A stretch of DNA of 64,000 nucleotides from Thermodesulfovibrionales bacterium (GTDB taxonomy: Bacteria; Nitrospirota; Thermodesulfovibrionia; Thermodesulfovibrionales; SM23-35): assembly GCA_041658585.1 (NCBI GenBank), contig JBAZZX010000004.1, positions 38,286 through 102,285 on the forward strand. Direction: 5' to 3'. The position numbers and the translations under genes are program-made. Positions 8,776-16,293 of this stretch are shown piece by piece. Each line of letters begins with the position of its first letter. The first letter of the stretch is position 1. The notes beneath the pieces are model-generated. The model was not told where the DNA came from. It searched no databases and saw nothing but the letters and a program-made list of their open reading frames with translations.

Positions 8776-8906
8776 TTTTCAAAAACATCATACCCTTCAT
8801 TTTTATTCCTAACGTACTGAAATAAAGTAATATTTCGAGGGTACTGAACATGTTCATGTTTAATACCTCGATACAGTAAGAGAAAAAGAAAACGTGGAGG
8901 CGCACG

Positions 8907-9152
8907 ATGGAACCAAACGTAAAAGAGATTACCATTCGAGATTCAATTACCGCTGGAATCTGCAAGGCTTTTAACCTCGAAGTAACTCCCCAATATAACC
9001 CGAAGGAAGTCGTTTATAACATTCGCGGCAATGTGGATGAAGTCCTTCAAAAAATAGCAGAGAATGTTCCAATCGGATCAAGAGATGTCTTGGAGTCAAT
9101 AAAGAACTGCCGCAGCGCTATTTTTCTTTTTCGACAAGGAATAGCAAGATGA
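8907..9152 (+). CDS. Hypothetical small protein
   Basis: 81 aa. GTGGAGG RBS upstream. Its stop overlaps the next start (ATGA at 9149-9152). Confidence 0.55.
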   Translation: MEPNVKEITIRDSITAGICKAFNLEVTPQYNPKEVVYNIRGNVDEVLQKIAENVPIGSRDVLESIKNCRSAIFLFRQGIAR

Positions 9153-9319
9153 AGACTGATCTGTTCGAATTCTGCACCTGTAAAATTTGCGGCACCTCTT
9201 CAATATTTGAACGAATCGAAACCCTTTCAACTGAGTATGGAACTGATTTTGTATGTGTCTGCAAAGAATGCGGGACTTTGTTTATAAGGCCTTACATTTG
9301 GCAGTTGCAGCATGGATAA
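9149..9319 (+). CDS. Zinc-ribbon protein, 56 aa (below ORF-track cutoff)
   Basis: Translation MKTDLFEFCTCKICGTSSIFERIETLSTEYGTDFVCVCKECGTLFIRPYIWQLQHG carries CxxC ... CxxC. Start overlaps the upstream stop and its stop overlaps the primase start (9312). Confidence 0.5.
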   Translation: MKTDLFEFCTCKICGTSSIFERIETLSTEYGTDFVCVCKECGTLFIRPYIWQLQHG

Positions 9320-11300
9320 GCAAGATATTATTGACAGATTCGATATCAAGGGCTTTTATTCAGCTGAACTTCCATCAATTAAATGGAACGGTTCAGTAAT
9401 GGGGCAGGCTATATGTCCATTTCATGAGGATACTAAGCCTTCTTTAACTATTAATCTAAAAACCGCTCAATTCAAATGCTTTGGTTGTGATAAGAAGGGC
9501 AGTCTATTTGATTTCTATATGGCCCGGTATAACGTTGACTACAGGACTGCTTTCAATACTCTTGCAAAAGAGGCTGGATTAAACATAGAAAAACCCCAAC
9601 AAAAGAAGATCCTTAAGACATATGACTATGTTGACGAATCAGGGAAGATTATCTTCCAGACCGTCAGATATGATCCTAAAGACTTTAAACAAAGAAGGCC
9701 CGATGGTAAAGGGAATTGGCATTATAACCTTCAGGGAGTCCGATTAGTTCCCTATAACCTTCTCGAAGTACTAAAGACAAAAAGCATAATCATCGTTGAA
9801 GGGGAGAAAGACGTTGAAACATTGCGAGGTATCGGCCTTGTAGCTTCCTGTAATGCCATGGGAGCCGGTAAATGGAGACCGGAATACAATCAATACTTCC
9901 AAAGCAAAAAGATTGCTATTATCCCCGACAATGATAAACCAGGCCGTGATCATGCTGTATCTATTGCAAAGAACTTCAAAGGTATAGCCGAATCAATCAA
10001 GATTGTAGAACTTCCCGGCCTTCAGGATAAAGGGGATGTCACAGACTGGATAAATCAAGGTCATAAAAAAGAAGAACTCATAGAGCTTATCAAGCAATCT
10101 CCTGAATGGACAGAGGAACAGCCTAAATCCCTTTTATCCTCTCTTCTAAAATGGAATGACATTCCCGCTCTCGATGTTAAAATCGAATACATCCTTGACA
10201 AACTTATTCCTAAAGGCGGTATAAGCCTTTTATTCGGTCGTGGTGGTATCGGCAAGACCTCCCTCAGTATGCAGATAGGCAGGTCAATAGCAAGCGGAAT
10301 ATCATTTGACATTCTTCAAGTGATTCAATCACCTGTTTACTACATTGACTTTGAAAACCCTTTAGCGGTCCTCAAGGAAAGACGCGAGAAGATAGGGCCA
10401 TCAGAAAACCTTTATGTATGGCATATCTCGAATGAAATTCAACCGCCTAAACTGGATAGCATAGAATGGATTCGTTATAAGGAATTACCTCCCGGCTTAT
10501 TAATCATTGATACTTTAAGGGCCTCTCATTTATCCGATGAGAATGATTCAAAACCCATGAGCCTTATAATGGGAAGACTCAAAGAACTCCGGGAAATGGG
10601 ATTCACCATCTTATTGTTACACCATACTCCAAAGGGGAACGAAAACACCTTCAAGGGAAGTACGGCGCTGCTCGATCTTTGTGATCACGTTTTGGGCTTA
10701 GAAGAAGTTAAAGACCTTGACGGAGAAAGCATTGAGTTTGACTGTCAGAACCTCTACAAGCTCGGAACGCGCATAAAGACAAGGTATGAGCCTCACAGTA
10801 TCTATCTAACCTTCAATCCTGAAATAAAGGGCTTTAACATTGCCGTAGATCCGAATATCGAAAAAATGGAAGGTATCCATGAGATTCTTAGACAGTCACA
10901 CGAACCATTAAAACAGAAGGAACTGAGAGAACGGATCAAAAATGATATGGACCTACCGGATAAAGAAGTTTGGCGATTATTAAAGAAGGGAACTGGTTTA
11001 TATTGGAATATCGAAAAGGGCAGTAAAAATGCAACGCTTTATATACCCCTAAAATCCAGTTTTTCAGTTTTTCAACCCCTTAATACCCGTAAAACTGAAA
11101 AACAGAAATCCGAAGAGTCCGAAACGGTAAAAAACAGAACCCTGTCTGATAGCAGTCAAACCCTTGCAAATACTGAGTTTGGCAGTTTTTCAAAGGGTAC
11201 TGGACAAACTGAAAAACAGAAGAACTGTGAGCCATGCAACAGAATTGAGTTATGCATCATGTCTGAAGGACAAAAACAGCTTTGTGACGGGCCATTTTAA
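9312..11300 (+). CDS. Bifunctional DNA primase-helicase (CHC2 zinc finger + TOPRIM + RecA/RepA-like P-loop ATPase)
   Basis: 662 aa. CHC2 finger CPFHEDTKPSLTINLKTAQFKCFGCDKKG. TOPRIM boxes IIVEGEKDVETL and IIPDNDKPGRDH. Walker A GRGGIGKTSL and Walker B LLIIDTL. C-terminal winged-helix-like segment and a repeat-containing tail. Confidence 0.85.
   Translation: MDKQDIIDRFDIKGFYSAELPSIKWNGSVMGQAICPFHEDTKPSLTINLKTAQFKCFGCDKKGSLFDFYMARYNVDYRTAFNTLAKEAGLNIEKPQQKKILKTYDYVDESGKIIFQTVRYDPKDFKQRRPDGKGNWHYNLQGVRLVPYNLLEVLKTKSIIIVEGEKDVETLRGIGLVASCNAMGAGKWRPEYNQYFQSKKIAIIPDNDKPGRDHAVSIAKNFKGIAESIKIVELPGLQDKGDVTDWINQGHKKEELIELIKQSPEWTEEQPKSLLSSLLKWNDIPALDVKIEYILDKLIPKGGISLLFGRGGIGKTSLSMQIGRSIASGISFDILQVIQSPVYYIDFENPLAVLKERREKIGPSENLYVWHISNEIQPPKLDSIEWIRYKELPPGLLIIDTLRASHLSDENDSKPMSLIMGRLKELREMGFTILLLHHTPKGNENTFKGSTALLDLCDHVLGLEEVKDLDGESIEFDCQNLYKLGTRIKTRYEPHSIYLTFNPEIKGFNIAVDPNIEKMEGIHEILRQSHEPLKQKELRERIKNDMDLPDKEVWRLLKKGTGLYWNIEKGSKNATLYIPLKSSFSVFQPLNTRKTEKQKSEESETVKNRTLSDSSQTLANTEFGSFSKGTGQTEKQKNCEPCNRIELCIMSEGQKQLCDGPF
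11057..11219. repeat. Iteron-like repeats (candidate replication origin) inside the 3-prime end of the primase-helicase gene
   Basis: The 8-mer GTTTTTCA occurs at 11059, 11067 and 11185. Its complement TGAAAAAC occurs at 11096 and 11210. A 12-bp inverted repeat pairs 11059-11070 with 11092-11103. The repeats translate as a duplicated TEKQK peptide. Confidence 0.5.
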
Positions 11301-11355
11301 TGAATGTGAACGAATCAGTAAATTACAGAAAAAATAGTGAAAAGGAGTGCAAGAC

Positions 11356-11643
11356 ATGGCAAATCTAAAACCTCGACAGGAAAACCTTAAGAACAAGGGA
11401 ATGGGGAGGCCTAAAGGAGCAAAGAATAAATTCACCAACCTGAAAGATACGTTCCTCAATGCGTTTGAATCAATTGGCGGAGAGGAAGAACTGGCAAAGT
11501 GGGCGAAGCAGAAGCGTAATCGTCAGTCATTTTACGGCATGATTGCAAAGATGTTGCCAAATAAGATTGAGGGCGAGATAAAACATAAAGAATCTGTAAT
11601 CGTCAATGTCGTGGATTACTCTAAGGCGCTGAAAAGTGACTGA
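11356..11643 (+). CDS. Small basic DNA-binding protein in terminase-small-subunit position (TerS candidate)
   Basis: Start taken at ATG 11356, with AAAGGAG 8 nt upstream. The GRPKGAKNKFT motif and the position immediately upstream of TerL, overlapping it, fit TerS. No diagnostic domain visible by eye. Confidence 0.45.
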   Translation: MANLKPRQENLKNKGMGRPKGAKNKFTNLKDTFLNAFESIGGEEELAKWAKQKRNRQSFYGMIAKMLPNKIEGEIKHKESVIVNVVDYSKALKSD

Positions 11644-13069
11644 ATTAAACCTCCCATATAATTATGAACCGAGAGATTACCAACTCTCCGTATTATCGGC
11701 TATAGATTCCGGGATAAAACGCGGTGTTTGTATTTGGCATAGACGCGCAGGCAAGGACAAAACCCTTCTAAATCTAATTATAAAAAAGATGTATCAGCGA
11801 GTCGGTATTTATTATTACTTCTTTCCAACTTATGCCCAAGGTAAAAAAATCATATGGGATGGGATAGACGGGATGGGATTTAAATTTCTGGATCATTTCC
11901 CGCCGGAACTGATTAGAAATCAGAATGCCACTGAGATGAAAATTACTCTCGTTAACGGCTCGCTATTCCAAATTGTCGGGACGGATAATTACGATTCAAT
12001 AGTTGGCACAAACCCTGTTGGGTGTGTCTTTAGTGAGTTTGCCTTGCAGGATCCGACAGCGTGGGAATATGTGAGACCGATCCTCCGAGAGAACGGCGGA
12101 TGGGCGATATTCCCATATACACCGAGAGGATTCAATCACGGATGGGATTTATACCAGATGGCCCAGAACGATCCTGATTGGTTTTGCGAGTTATTAACTG
12201 TCACTGATACCGGAGTATTGACTGAGGCCGATGTGGACGCAGAGAGGCGCGCTGGCATGCCGGAGCCACTCATCCAGCAGGAGTTCTACTGCTCGTTTGA
12301 ACATGTTGAAGGTATGACGTTCAGAGAGCTTAACAAGGATGTTCACATGATAAAAGTTGAAAGCCCACCCAAATATCTCCATGAAGTATTTGACTTTGAC
12401 AAAATGACACCGAGAGAGAATGTCAAGGTCTATCGCTCCTACGATTGGGGTTATGCTCATCCGGCAGCAGTCCTTTGGGGATTCAGCGACTTTGAGGGAA
12501 GGCTTTATATCTATCGGGAGTTATATTTTGCCGATGGTAATAATATCGGAAGTCGTCTGATAACAAGAGAGCAGGCCCGGCGCATACATGACATTGAAGA
12601 GACGCACAGAGAAACCGACAGGATTATTATTGCGGTAGCTGATGCTTCTATTTGGGATAAAGAGAAATCACAGAATGAAAAGAATGAAGTTTTACCGTCC
12701 AACGCTGAGATTATGGCTTCAGAGAAGATTTACTTTGACCGGCAATTATCCATAGATGTCAAGAAATCCCGGCTTCAGGGGGTTCAACAGATTCATGACA
12801 GACTCAGAATGGACGATAACGGGAAGCCGTATATGTTTGTTTTCAGTAATTGCAAACATTTTTGGCGTACAGTCCCATTTCTCCCATGTGACCCATTAGA
12901 AGCAGAGCTATACGATTCAGAGGCAGAAGATCATATCGCAGATGCTCTACGTTATCTATGCTCCGCCCGTCCCATGAAATCAAGAATATCCGAGAAGCAA
13001 GCGCCAAAGGGTAGCTTTACGGATATGATGACGCTGGTACAACAGCCAAAGAGAAGGTTGAGATATTGA
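11636..13069 (+). CDS. terL: Phage terminase large subunit
   Basis: 477 aa. Walker A-like HRRAGKDKT and Walker B-like VGCVFSEFA. Nuclease-half boxes SYDWGYAHP, AVADASIWD and the hallmark C-terminal DHIADALRY. GTG start overlaps the upstream stop. Confidence 0.85.
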   Translation: MTELNLPYNYEPRDYQLSVLSAIDSGIKRGVCIWHRRAGKDKTLLNLIIKKMYQRVGIYYYFFPTYAQGKKIIWDGIDGMGFKFLDHFPPELIRNQNATEMKITLVNGSLFQIVGTDNYDSIVGTNPVGCVFSEFALQDPTAWEYVRPILRENGGWAIFPYTPRGFNHGWDLYQMAQNDPDWFCELLTVTDTGVLTEADVDAERRAGMPEPLIQQEFYCSFEHVEGMTFRELNKDVHMIKVESPPKYLHEVFDFDKMTPRENVKVYRSYDWGYAHPAAVLWGFSDFEGRLYIYRELYFADGNNIGSRLITREQARRIHDIEETHRETDRIIIAVADASIWDKEKSQNEKNEVLPSNAEIMASEKIYFDRQLSIDVKKSRLQGVQQIHDRLRMDDNGKPYMFVFSNCKHFWRTVPFLPCDPLEAELYDSEAEDHIADALRYLCSARPMKSRISEKQAPKGSFTDMMTLVQQPKRRLRY

Positions 13070-13072
13070 GAT

Positions 13073-13288
13073 ATGCCGATTTATAACGGATCGTACATCC
13101 CCTTTGATGCGGACAGGATAGCTGAGATTATTCTTAACGGTGAAGAGGTTCAACCCGATCCTTTCGCGCCGCTCATAAGTCAAAGAACGCGAATTGAAGA
13201 GGCAATAAGGCAGAGAAAGTCGTCCATATCCAGATTCAGTGAAAGCAAGGCTCTATTACATTTACGGCAGTTATGGCGAAATGCCTAA
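13073..13288 (+). CDS. Hypothetical small protein
   Basis: 71 aa. Starts 4 nt after the TerL stop. No motif. Confidence 0.45.
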   Translation: MPIYNGSYIPFDADRIAEIILNGEEVQPDPFAPLISQRTRIEEAIRQRKSSISRFSESKALLHLRQLWRNA

Positions 13289-13580
13289 CTGGAAGAACCT
13301 CGAAAGAAAAGCTGCCAGAGTCCTCGGCGGTAAACGAAACAGTCGGGGAATGGATTTTAGCCTATCCATGTCCGACGTAGAACATCCTCTGCTATCCATC
13401 GAGTGCAAATACCGGAAAAAGATAAGCGGATTCTTGAAGGACGGTCTGAAGCAGGCTGAAAGGTACGCCCCTGGAAAGATTCCGGTCCTCGTCCTCAAAG
13501 AGAAGGGAATGAGAGGGGAACTTACTGTTCTCCGGCTTTCAGATTTTCAACGGTTGTTCGGAGAGATAAAGGGACTGTGA
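13281..13580 (+). CDS. PD-(D/E)xK-type endonuclease, possible Holliday-junction resolvase
   Basis: Start taken at ATG 13281 (MPNWKNLERKAARVLGGKR). The SDVEH...SIECKYRK arrangement gives the D...ExK core, followed by a basic tail. Confidence 0.5.
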   Translation: MPNWKNLERKAARVLGGKRNSRGMDFSLSMSDVEHPLLSIECKYRKKISGFLKDGLKQAERYAPGKIPVLVLKEKGMRGELTVLRLSDFQRLFGEIKGL

Positions 13581-13648
13581 AAGACAGCTTGATAATTCCT
13601 GAACATGAGATTTATAATTCTGCATCTCTCCATTCAAGGGAATTATCA

Positions 13649-14833
13649 ATGGCCGGTAAAATAAGAACGCGCGAAAAATGTCCCACCTGTAAGAAACCTT
13701 TTGTAATCAAAGAGGAGACGGATATTTTCTGTCTCACGTGTAATACAAGGCCGAAAACCTTCTTTATTTTCCTTTATTTCGATAAAGGCAAGCATCGAAT
13801 CCCCCGAGACACAGATGGTCATATTTTGGATTCATACCGCCGCGCTCACAGGCTTTTAGAGACAATCAGAAGAGAGATAGATCAAGGTATCTTCTCTTTA
13901 TCGAATTACCTTCCCAAAGAGATTGAGAGATTCAGGGGAAAGGTACTCTTTCCGAAGTGGTATGAGGTGAAGGTATCAGAAGGCCGGGCACCTTCACATA
14001 TCAGAGAGATCGAGAGATACGTCAGGCTGTATTACAAGCCTTTCTTTGATACGACTGATATGAGAAAGATCAGGGCTGGGGATATCGAGGATTTTTATAT
14101 GAAGCTTCCGGGACATCTCAAGGCCAAGACGAAGAAGAACATCCTTATTGAACTCCGGGCCTTTCTTCACTGGCTTTATAGGCGGGAGATTATTGCGAGG
14201 GTTCCGGCGTTCCCTAAAGTCGATGTGCCGGAACCTTCCGTTAATCCTATAGATAGGACAATGCAACTGAAGATATTGAGCCATGTGCAATCGTGGAGGC
14301 TGAGAGATATTATAGAATTCCTTATTCACCATCCTATCAGACCTGGGGAGGCAAGGGCGCTGCAGATTGAGGACGTGCTTCTGAAAGAGCATCATATTTG
14401 GATTAGGAAGACTTTCAGCATGAAAACCCTTAAAAACCGGAAGAATAAAAATTCCTACGTGCTGCCATTATCGTCATATTTCCTGAATATGCTGGAAAGG
14501 CTCTGCAAAAATAAACTGCCGAAGGCTTTCATCTTTATTAATCAATATGGGAATCCTTTTTCAAATGGATCTCTCGAAGTTGCATGGAACCGAGCGAAGA
14601 TAAAAGCTGGGCTTGGGCATCTTAGGACGACACTTTACGAAGGAACCCGTCATTCATGGGGAACGCAGGCTGTCAATGACGGGATTGACCTCAATCTTAT
14701 TCAGGGAGCCATGGGGCACAGTTCTTCGGAGATGACGAAAAGATACGCGAGACTGAAAGCAGAGGGTCTTAGAAGCATCATGGAAAAAATGGAAGGTTCA
14801 ACGTCCGATGGTGCACAAATGGTGCAAAATTGA
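13649..14833 (+). CDS. int: Tyrosine recombinase / phage integrase with N-terminal zinc ribbon
   Basis: CPTCKK...CLTCN ribbon. Arg box HHPIRPGEARAL, then GTRHSWGT, then GHSSSEMTKRYARL with the catalytic Tyr. The ORF is open from GTG 13577; ATG 13649 is preferred because AAGGGA lies 8 nt upstream. Confidence 0.9.
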   Translation: MAGKIRTREKCPTCKKPFVIKEETDIFCLTCNTRPKTFFIFLYFDKGKHRIPRDTDGHILDSYRRAHRLLETIRREIDQGIFSLSNYLPKEIERFRGKVLFPKWYEVKVSEGRAPSHIREIERYVRLYYKPFFDTTDMRKIRAGDIEDFYMKLPGHLKAKTKKNILIELRAFLHWLYRREIIARVPAFPKVDVPEPSVNPIDRTMQLKILSHVQSWRLRDIIEFLIHHPIRPGEARALQIEDVLLKEHHIWIRKTFSMKTLKNRKNKNSYVLPLSSYFLNMLERLCKNKLPKAFIFINQYGNPFSNGSLEVAWNRAKIKAGLGHLRTTLYEGTRHSWGTQAVNDGIDLNLIQGAMGHSSSEMTKRYARLKAEGLRSIMEKMEGSTSDGAQMVQN

Positions 14834-14870
14834 AACGATACATTTCTAAAAGCCTTACTGGTAAAGGCTT

Positions 14871-14912
14871 GAGGGGTATGCTGTGCGGGTTCAAATCCCG
14901 CCTTCGGCACCA
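14871..14912 (+). other. Orphan tRNA-Leu-like 3-prime fragment (putative att core)
   Basis: T-arm GCGGG-TTCAAAT-CCCGC (14885-14901), acceptor 3-prime strand CTTCGGC, discriminator A, CCA (to 14912). No matching 5-prime acceptor strand (GCCGAAG) or D-arm in the preceding 90 nt. Confidence 0.7.
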
Positions 14913-15038
14913 AACAAATCCTTTAATAGCAAGCACTTACCCAAGTATTATGTAAAATAAAACCGCAAACTAATGCTATATTTAGCCCGGATTATTCACA
15001 AATTTTTCTGATTGAACTGAGGATAGAGTATTTGCGCT

Positions 15039-15068
15039 TTCTCCTCGGCGAATCCGCCTGAGGCGGAC
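15039..15068. repeat. 30-nt hairpin repeat (TTCTCCTCGGCGAATCCGCCTGAGGCGGAC)
   Basis: A near-identical copy lies at 59354-59384, differing by one extra base in the loop. Contains the hairpin TCCGCC-TGA-GGCGGA. Confidence 0.5.
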
Positions 15069-15133
15069 ATTCTCGGTCGTTCAGTAACTGTTGTTTAGTT
15101 GCAACATCTTTTCTACAGTGCTATCATATTTGC

Positions 15134-15394
15134 ATGAGCAAGTCTGAAAAGCTGTTGCAGAGGTTTTTGTCAAAGCCGAAGGATTTCACATTCGAGGAAC
15201 TGAGCAAACTACTGAAGAGTTTCGGATACGAAGAGGCAAAGACAGGTAAGACTTCAGGGTCGAGGGTTGCGTTCATCAATCATCGGACAAAGAACATCAT
15301 CCGGTTGCACATACCGCACCCGAACCCGGAGCTTAAACCTTACCAGTTGAATGACGTGCAAGAGGCATTAAGAAAAGCGGAGGTGATCAAATGA
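15134..15394 (+). CDS. hicA: HicA-family mRNA interferase toxin
   Basis: 86 aa. Typical HicA/YcfA layout (KPKDFTFEELSKLLKSFGYEE...GSRVAF...IRLHIPHP). 4-nt overlap with the following antitoxin gene. Confidence 0.8.
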   Translation: MSKSEKLLQRFLSKPKDFTFEELSKLLKSFGYEEAKTGKTSGSRVAFINHRTKNIIRLHIPHPNPELKPYQLNDVQEALRKAEVIK

Positions 15395-15726
15395 AAGACG
15401 TACTAACCTATAAGAACTTTGTCGGTTCCGTGCATTTCAGCGCCGAAGACAAGGTATTTCACGGCAAGATTGAAGGAATTGGTGATCTGATAATGTTCGA
15501 GGGACAAAGCGTCAATGAACTTATAAATGCGTTTCACGAAGCGGTAAATGATTACCTTGAACTTTGTAAAGAAGCCGGCAAGGAGCCTGAACGTCCCTTT
15601 AAAGGCAGTTTCAATGTAAGGATACCGTCAGACCTTCATAGAAAGGCCGCGAAAAAGGCTACTATAATGGGTATATCCCTGAATCAACTCGTACAGAAGG
15701 CATTGGAAGAAAAGGTAGCCGTCTAA
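15391..15726 (+). CDS. hicB: HicB-family antitoxin with C-terminal RHH
   Basis: 111 aa. N-terminal HicB fold region (YKNFVGSVHFSAEDKVFHGKIEGI) and C-terminal FNVRIPSDLHRKAAKKATIMGISLNQLVQKALEE. Confidence 0.8.
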   Translation: MKDVLTYKNFVGSVHFSAEDKVFHGKIEGIGDLIMFEGQSVNELINAFHEAVNDYLELCKEAGKEPERPFKGSFNVRIPSDLHRKAAKKATIMGISLNQLVQKALEEKVAV

Positions 15727-15804
15727 GTAGACCAGGAATACGGCTATGAGACTGTTAATATTTAGAGAAACATATACTGAATATTGTTATGAGAGGAGGA
15801 ATGT

Positions 15805-16290
15805 TTGACAGTGATAAAGAAGCTTACCCATATCGATAAGCAGGGCAGGGCTCGGATGGTGGATGTCACGGAAAAACCGGCGACAAAAAGAGTTGCCATT
15901 GCAAGGGGTTCCATCCGCATGAAGCCGGAAACTCTTCAGCTTATTACGGAGAACAAAGTTCCTAAAGGTGACGTGCTTTCTACGGCACGGATAGCCGGAA
16001 TAATGGCGGCAAAAAAGACCTGTGAATTGATACCGATGTGCCATCCGTTGAACCTCACTTCAATATCCGTAGAATTCACCCTTGACAGTCCAAAGAGCAA
16101 AATAGATATAGAGGCACAGGTAAAGATTGTCGGACGGACAGGGGTTGAGATGGAGGCATTGACTGCCGTATCCGCTGCGGCTTTGACTATTTATGATATG
16201 TGCAAGGCAGTGGACAGGGAAATGGTCATCTCTGATATCATGCTTATGGAGAAGCGCGGCGGGAAAAGCGGAGTGTTCAAAAGGAAGTAA
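15805..16290 (+). CDS. moaC: Cyclic pyranopterin monophosphate synthase MoaC
   Basis: 161 aa. LTHID..G.ARMVDV, IPMCHPL and GVEMEALTA boxes. TTG start 5 nt after GAGGAGGA. Confidence 0.9.
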   Translation: MTVIKKLTHIDKQGRARMVDVTEKPATKRVAIARGSIRMKPETLQLITENKVPKGDVLSTARIAGIMAAKKTCELIPMCHPLNLTSISVEFTLDSPKSKIDIEAQVKIVGRTGVEMEALTAVSAAALTIYDMCKAVDREMVISDIMLMEKRGGKSGVFKRK

Positions 16291-16293
16291 ATA

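Larger units (their letters stand above)
3902..14912. mobile_element. Integrated ~11 kb phage-related island (candidate phage satellite or prophage remnant); right end defined by integrase plus tRNA-Leu 3-prime fragment, left end only approximate
   Basis: Contiguous block containing an RHH regulator, serine recombinase, many small unknown ORFs, primase-helicase, TerS-like, TerL, PD-(D/E)xK nuclease and tyrosine integrase. All but the RHH gene are on the + strand, with overlapping stops and starts. A tRNA-like T-arm/acceptor/CCA lies at 14885-14912. Flanked by ordinary chromosomal genes. Confidence 0.7.

Noticed and set aside
8776-8906. Possible pac/cos or origin sequence in the island gap (repeated GTACTGAA, palindrome GAACATGTTC, inverted repeat TCGAGGGTA / TACCTCGA)
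   Set aside because: The repeats are short and imperfect, and could simply be a promoter/operator for the downstream ORFs. This is not enough evidence for a specific call.
14826-14912. Possible complete tRNA gene next to the integrase
   Set aside because: Only the T-arm, the acceptor 3-prime strand and CCA are present. There is no GCCGAAG 5-prime strand and no D-arm, and the 14851-14869 hairpin lacks U33 and a sensible anticodon loop. It is treated as an att fragment.
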